Source: an uncultured bacterium
Lineage (GTDB): Bacteria; Zixibacteria; MSB-5A5; UBA10806
Direction: 5' to 3'
Assembly: GCA_965541585.1 (NCBI GenBank)
Contig: CBEUCH010000017.1
Span: 20,874 to 84,873 of the forward strand
DNA length: 64,000 bases
Below the pieces are notes generated by a model that saw only the letters and a program-made list of their open reading frames with translations, ran no database searches and was not told where the DNA came from. Shown here in pieces: positions 60,327 through 64,000 of the stretch. The translations under genes and the position numbers were made by a program. Every line of letters begins with the position of its first letter. Within the stretch, counting starts at the first letter, position 1.

Positions 60327-60929
60327 ATGAACAAACTCATACTGGCGACAAATAATCGCGACAAAATCGATGAGATAAAGAGCATCCTGGAAGATGCTGA
60401 CTTCGAAATACTCTCCGCATCCGATTTTGATGATTTTCCCGAAATCGAGGAGACCGGCAAGACACTTGCAGAGAATGCAATTCTGAAAGCCGAGACTATC
60501 CGGGATCGATATGGTCTCCCCTGCCTGGCCGACGATACCGGCCTGGAGGTTGATTATCTCGATGGCGCACCGGGGATTTATTCGTCGAGATTCGCCGGCG
60601 AGGGCGGCAGCTACGACGATAACGTTAATAAATTATTATCAATGCTGGAAGGGGTTCCTCCGGCGAAGCGCACTGCCAGGTTCAAAACCGTGATCGCGTT
60701 TGCCGATAGCAGTGGTGAGATTCACACGGTCGACGGTGTCCTTGAGGGAATTATCGGCACCGAACCAAAGGGAACTTTCGGATTCGGCTATGATCCGGTA
60801 TTCGTCTTTGAAGGAATGAACGTTGCGCTGGCGGAACTGCCGCCGGCGGAAAAGAACAAAATCTCCCACCGAAGCCGGGCGCTCGCCGGAATAAAGCCGA
60901 TAATAATCAAGGCGTTTTCGGCAGATTGA
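60327..60929 (+). CDS. rdgB: dITP/XTP pyrophosphatase (RdgB/HAM1)
   Basis: ATNN-K, EN--LKA, ADDTGL, FGYDPVF, KN-ISHR. Confidence 0.95.
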   Translation: MNKLILATNNRDKIDEIKSILEDADFEILSASDFDDFPEIEETGKTLAENAILKAETIRDRYGLPCLADDTGLEVDYLDGAPGIYSSRFAGEGGSYDDNVNKLLSMLEGVPPAKRTARFKTVIAFADSSGEIHTVDGVLEGIIGTEPKGTFGFGYDPVFVFEGMNVALAELPPAEKNKISHRSRALAGIKPIIIKAFSAD

Positions 60930-60953
60930 TCGAAAGCCGCAGACAATTGAATA

Positions 60954-60982
60954 TTGACCGGGTATCCAAATGCCCGTATATT
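60954..60982 (+). promoter_or_regulatory. Sigma70 promoter of the tRNA-Pro/Arg pair
   Basis: TTGACC-N17-TATATT. Confidence 0.7.
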
Positions 60983-60996
60983 CTCATCGGGATAAA

Positions 60997-61070
60997 CGGG
61001 GTGTGGCGCAGTCTGGCAGCGCACTTGCTTTGGGAGCAAGATGTCGGAGGTTCAAATCCTCTCACCCCGA
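60997..61070 (+). tRNA. tRNA-Pro (anticodon TGG)
   Basis: CGGGGTG...CTTGC-TTTGGGA-GCAAG...GTTCAAATCC...CACCCCGA. Confidence 0.96.
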
Positions 61071-61094
61071 TAAAATTGAATAGCGCTCCGAATT

Positions 61095-61168
61095 GCCCCC
61101 GTAGCTCAACTGGATAGAGCAACTGCCTTCTAAGCAGTAGGTTCCCTGTTCGAGCCAGGGCGGGGGTA
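61095..61168 (+). tRNA. tRNA-Arg (anticodon TCT)
   Basis: GCCCCCGTAGCTCAACTGGATAGAGC-ACTGC-CTTCTAA-GCAGT...GTTCGAGCC. Confidence 0.96.
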
Positions 61169-61319
61169 TTTTTTATAAGTGATTCGTAGCTCCTTCAGGT
61201 TGGCGGACGAGAGGTATGCCAACCACTAAATCACAGTTCAATATAGCTTGACAAAAATAGGAAAGTATATTATTTATAACATAGTTATAATAAGGCTTCT
61301 ATGGGGAGGACAGCAGCGT

Positions 61320-62609
61320 ATGTTTATATTATTGAAAAAGACGGCTCTGAACACCCCGAAAACGCCTATACTCATCCTGCTGGCGCTTACCCTGGCCGTT
61401 AACATGAACACCGCTGCACAGGAGTTGGCGTTTGTCGGGAGTTGCGAAGTACCGTGGCCCACATCGTCTGTCTATGTGGATGGTAACTACGCCTATATCG
61501 CCCAGGAGGATTTCGGCCTGCGAATTGTCTCAATCGCCGATCCCACAGATCCCGTGATAGTGGGATCCTACAATTCGCAATTGTATTATGCTTATGATAT
61601 CTTCGCTGAAAATGAATATGCCTATTTGGTGGGCACCGAAGGCATGGAGGTAGTTAACTTAAGCGATCCCCTGAACCCCTCATTGATTGGAAGTTATTCA
61701 ACCCTGGATCTTGCGTTCTCGATATTCTTGCGTGGAAACTATGCCTACGTAGGTGGACATACATTCTTTGAGATTATTGATGTAGCCGACCCCTTCGCTC
61801 CCGATCAGGTTGGTTATTACAGCAACTTCGATGATTACGCCTGCGTCATGGGGATGTCTGCTGCCGGTGAATACGTCTATATCGCCACTAATGCATGCGG
61901 TCTTTTCTGTTTGCATGGATGGTGTGCGTTTAATATCTTCAACATCGGCGACCCCACCCAGCCGTCGCCCGTATCGAGCCTGGCTTTCGGTGACCAGCCA
62001 TCCGGTATATTTGTGGCCGATGATTACGCTTATTTATCAGCTCTTAACCCAAGTCTGACAATAATCGATATTTCCGATCCGACCAATCCAGGCATTATTG
62101 GGGATTGGTCAAGCGGTACGGGATATCATTCTCCAGACGTTTTTGTGGCGGGATCTCATGCCTTTATAGCAGGCAGCGTGGACGGCGTATATGTGATAAG
62201 GATTACTGATCCTGCCAATCCCTCAATGGTTGCAAGCTATAACACTCCCTACGAAGCATCGGATATCTCCGTTGTCGACAATTACGTATACGTGAACGAT
62301 CGTACATCATTTATAATCTTGAGATTCATTAATGTACGTTGTGACGATACATACATCCCCGGCGATTGTAATCGCAACGGTGCCCCCTTGGAACTGGTGG
62401 ATGTTATAGCCATGGTCGGAATGTACAGGGGTGATATTCTGCCGGGCTACACATGTAATTGCCCACCCCACGGCAACTTTTTCACCCCACATGCAGACCC
62501 CAACGGAAACTGTGTGGCCTACGAGTTAACCGATGTCGTTACCGAAATCGGCGCCTATAGGGATCTGGCCGCGGTATCGGGATGCCCGGACTGCCCCGGC
62601 TCAAATTGA
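61320..62609 (+). CDS. Secreted LVIVD-repeat protein with Cys-containing dockerin-like C-terminal domain
   Basis: About 7 LVIVD repeats; duplicated PGDCNRNG..ELVDV / ADPNGNC..ELTDV; ends CPDCP. Confidence 0.85.
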   Translation: MFILLKKTALNTPKTPILILLALTLAVNMNTAAQELAFVGSCEVPWPTSSVYVDGNYAYIAQEDFGLRIVSIADPTDPVIVGSYNSQLYYAYDIFAENEYAYLVGTEGMEVVNLSDPLNPSLIGSYSTLDLAFSIFLRGNYAYVGGHTFFEIIDVADPFAPDQVGYYSNFDDYACVMGMSAAGEYVYIATNACGLFCLHGWCAFNIFNIGDPTQPSPVSSLAFGDQPSGIFVADDYAYLSALNPSLTIIDISDPTNPGIIGDWSSGTGYHSPDVFVAGSHAFIAGSVDGVYVIRITDPANPSMVASYNTPYEASDISVVDNYVYVNDRTSFIILRFINVRCDDTYIPGDCNRNGAPLELVDVIAMVGMYRGDILPGYTCNCPPHGNFFTPHADPNGNCVAYELTDVVTEIGAYRDLAAVSGCPDCPGSN

Positions 62610-62826
62610 TCGGGCCTGGTGTTTGAGGCCGCCCACGAATCCCGATTCTTCTTAATTTTCGATCTCCCCTCCCAACTATAAATATCGCAATCATCCCTGT
62701 TCAAAGTGAAACACCCGCAGGATATTAATGGGTCAGCAATTATTCAGGTGTTCTAAGATTAACAGCCGGAGCAGGGTTTGCCGATAGACTGATCAGGGAG
62801 CAGGCGGCAATGTCCGGCGCATAAAC

Positions 62827-63600
62827 ATGAAAGAGATATTACTGGTTCAGAGTGATCCCGAAGACTTATCGGCGCTATCGGGAATTCTGAAGAAAAATAA
62901 TTTTTCGATTCTGACGGCTCCGTCGGTCAAGAAGGCTATCGAGCTGATTGAGGCCGAACCGTCAATCGATCTGGTACTGGCGAGCATATCGATGGCCAGG
63001 GGTTCGGGATTGGAATTCCTGCAATATGTGAAGAATAGCCAGAAACTGGCGACTATCCCGGTCATAATGACCTCCGGCAGGGTCGACCATGATATAGTTG
63101 TCCGCAGCGCCGCTCTGGGAGCCAGTGAAATCGTCACCAGACCATTTGATGAAAAAGTCGTTCTGTCCAAAGTGGAAGAGGCATTGTCCAATGGGAAGCA
63201 TTCGGTTCTGGTAGTCGATGACGAAGAGGAGATCCTGGAGCTTTTGAAATATGTGATGGAATTGGAGAGATTCAAGGTTTTCGCGGCTGCAAGCGCCGAG
63301 GAAGCTCTTGATATCCTGAAAACCAACAGGGTAAACGCTGTTGTATCCGATATCATGCTTCCTCAAATGTCCGGCTTTGATTTGATGACCGTTGTCAAAG
63401 ACAAATATGAAAACACACCTGTGATCCTGATTACCGCCTACGGAGGTCAGTACACCCCAAAGGTGGCCATGGACGCCGGAGCGGATGGATATTTTCTCAA
63501 GCCCTTCAAAAACGTTGATTTGATCAGGAAACTGAGACAGGTGATGCCGGAAAATTCCCGACGGACAACCGGAAAAGAGAATCTTGCTCCGAAAAGTTAA
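62827..63600 (+). CDS. Tandem double-receiver response regulator (first receiver degenerate)
   Basis: REC1 lacks the acidic pair and phospho-Asp (VQSD, LASISM, TRP); REC2 canonical (VDDE, SDIMLP, KPF). Confidence 0.85.
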   Translation: MKEILLVQSDPEDLSALSGILKKNNFSILTAPSVKKAIELIEAEPSIDLVLASISMARGSGLEFLQYVKNSQKLATIPVIMTSGRVDHDIVVRSAALGASEIVTRPFDEKVVLSKVEEALSNGKHSVLVVDDEEEILELLKYVMELERFKVFAAASAEEALDILKTNRVNAVVSDIMLPQMSGFDLMTVVKDKYENTPVILITAYGGQYTPKVAMDAGADGYFLKPFKNVDLIRKLRQVMPENSRRTTGKENLAPKS

Positions 63601-63720
63601 AGCCTTACTCTCTTTCATAGAGCACACTATATTTTGAGTCTATGCAGTTCGAATCGCCCGAAATATATTGACATTACGAATAATGCCGATAATATTTATA
63701 TTTGATTTTTGATGTTGCGT

Positions 63721-63795
63721 GGTGGGTGTAGCTCAGTCGGTTAGAGCATCAGGTTGTGGCCCTGGGGGTCGTGGGTTCAATTCCCATCACCCACC
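63721..63795 (+). tRNA. tRNA-His (anticodon GTG)
   Basis: G(-1)GTGGGTG...TCAGG-TTGTGGC-CCTGG...GTTCAATTCC...CACCCACC. Confidence 0.96.
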
Positions 63796-64000
63796 CTTCA
63801 TTCTCAGTTCTGCACATAAATCATTATTTTCATTTCCCGGACTGATCAATATCGGCTTTTCTTTCCGTGGGCGACGTTTCATTTAAGGGAAACCTGACAC
63901 TGTCCTGGAGCTGTGGTTCCTGCATATCCTCTTCGGGAAACAACTCATACTCCTTTGGTGCAAGGTCGCCGAGGAAGCGGTTTCTCCAGGCCCTGGCGGA

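Noticed and set aside
63860..64000. Possible structured 5' leader (e.g. of a ribosomal-protein operon) after tRNA-His
   Set aside because: Some complementarity (CCTGGAG/CTCCAGG), but the downstream gene is outside the window, so it cannot be assigned.

Overview
Bacterial chromosomal window of roughly 50% GC. The FlgD/T9SS-type-A-like tails and the Cys-containing dockerin-like tail suggest an FCB-group lineage such as candidate Zixibacteria; this is an inference. The backbone is housekeeping: GH57, sppA, HU, a 31-aa bS22-like ORF missing from the ORF track, mltD-like, miaA, mutL, purF, proline dehydrogenase, two sigma54 regulators with kinases, fabL, yhhQ, smpB, an amidase, murI, rdgB and six intact tRNAs. 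Methionine/methyl-sulfur genes include a YitJ-like HMT-MetF fusion, a Zn-motif URO-D/MtaA-like protein, fRMsr, split MetE and mddA. Two integrase-less accessory regions stand out. (1) A 4.4-kb island bounded by a 187-bp duplication of the fRMsr gene 3' end carries a divergent Lgt paralog, a Cys-rich IPT/zincin putative lipoprotein and a secreted partner. (2) An array downstream of tRNA-Leu(CAG) has two extra tRNA 3' fragments and unrelated secreted passengers on closely related, mosaic C-terminal sorting tails. One passenger is a probable secreted Omp28/thioredoxin-fold selenoprotein with an in-frame UGA and a SECIS-like hairpin, which the ORF track truncates. A ~150-nt rod-like ncRNA candidate (6S-like) lies at 25.7-25.9 kb. 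No CRISPR array, rRNA, integrase or transposase was seen. All calls are by-eye motif recognition; no database searches were run.
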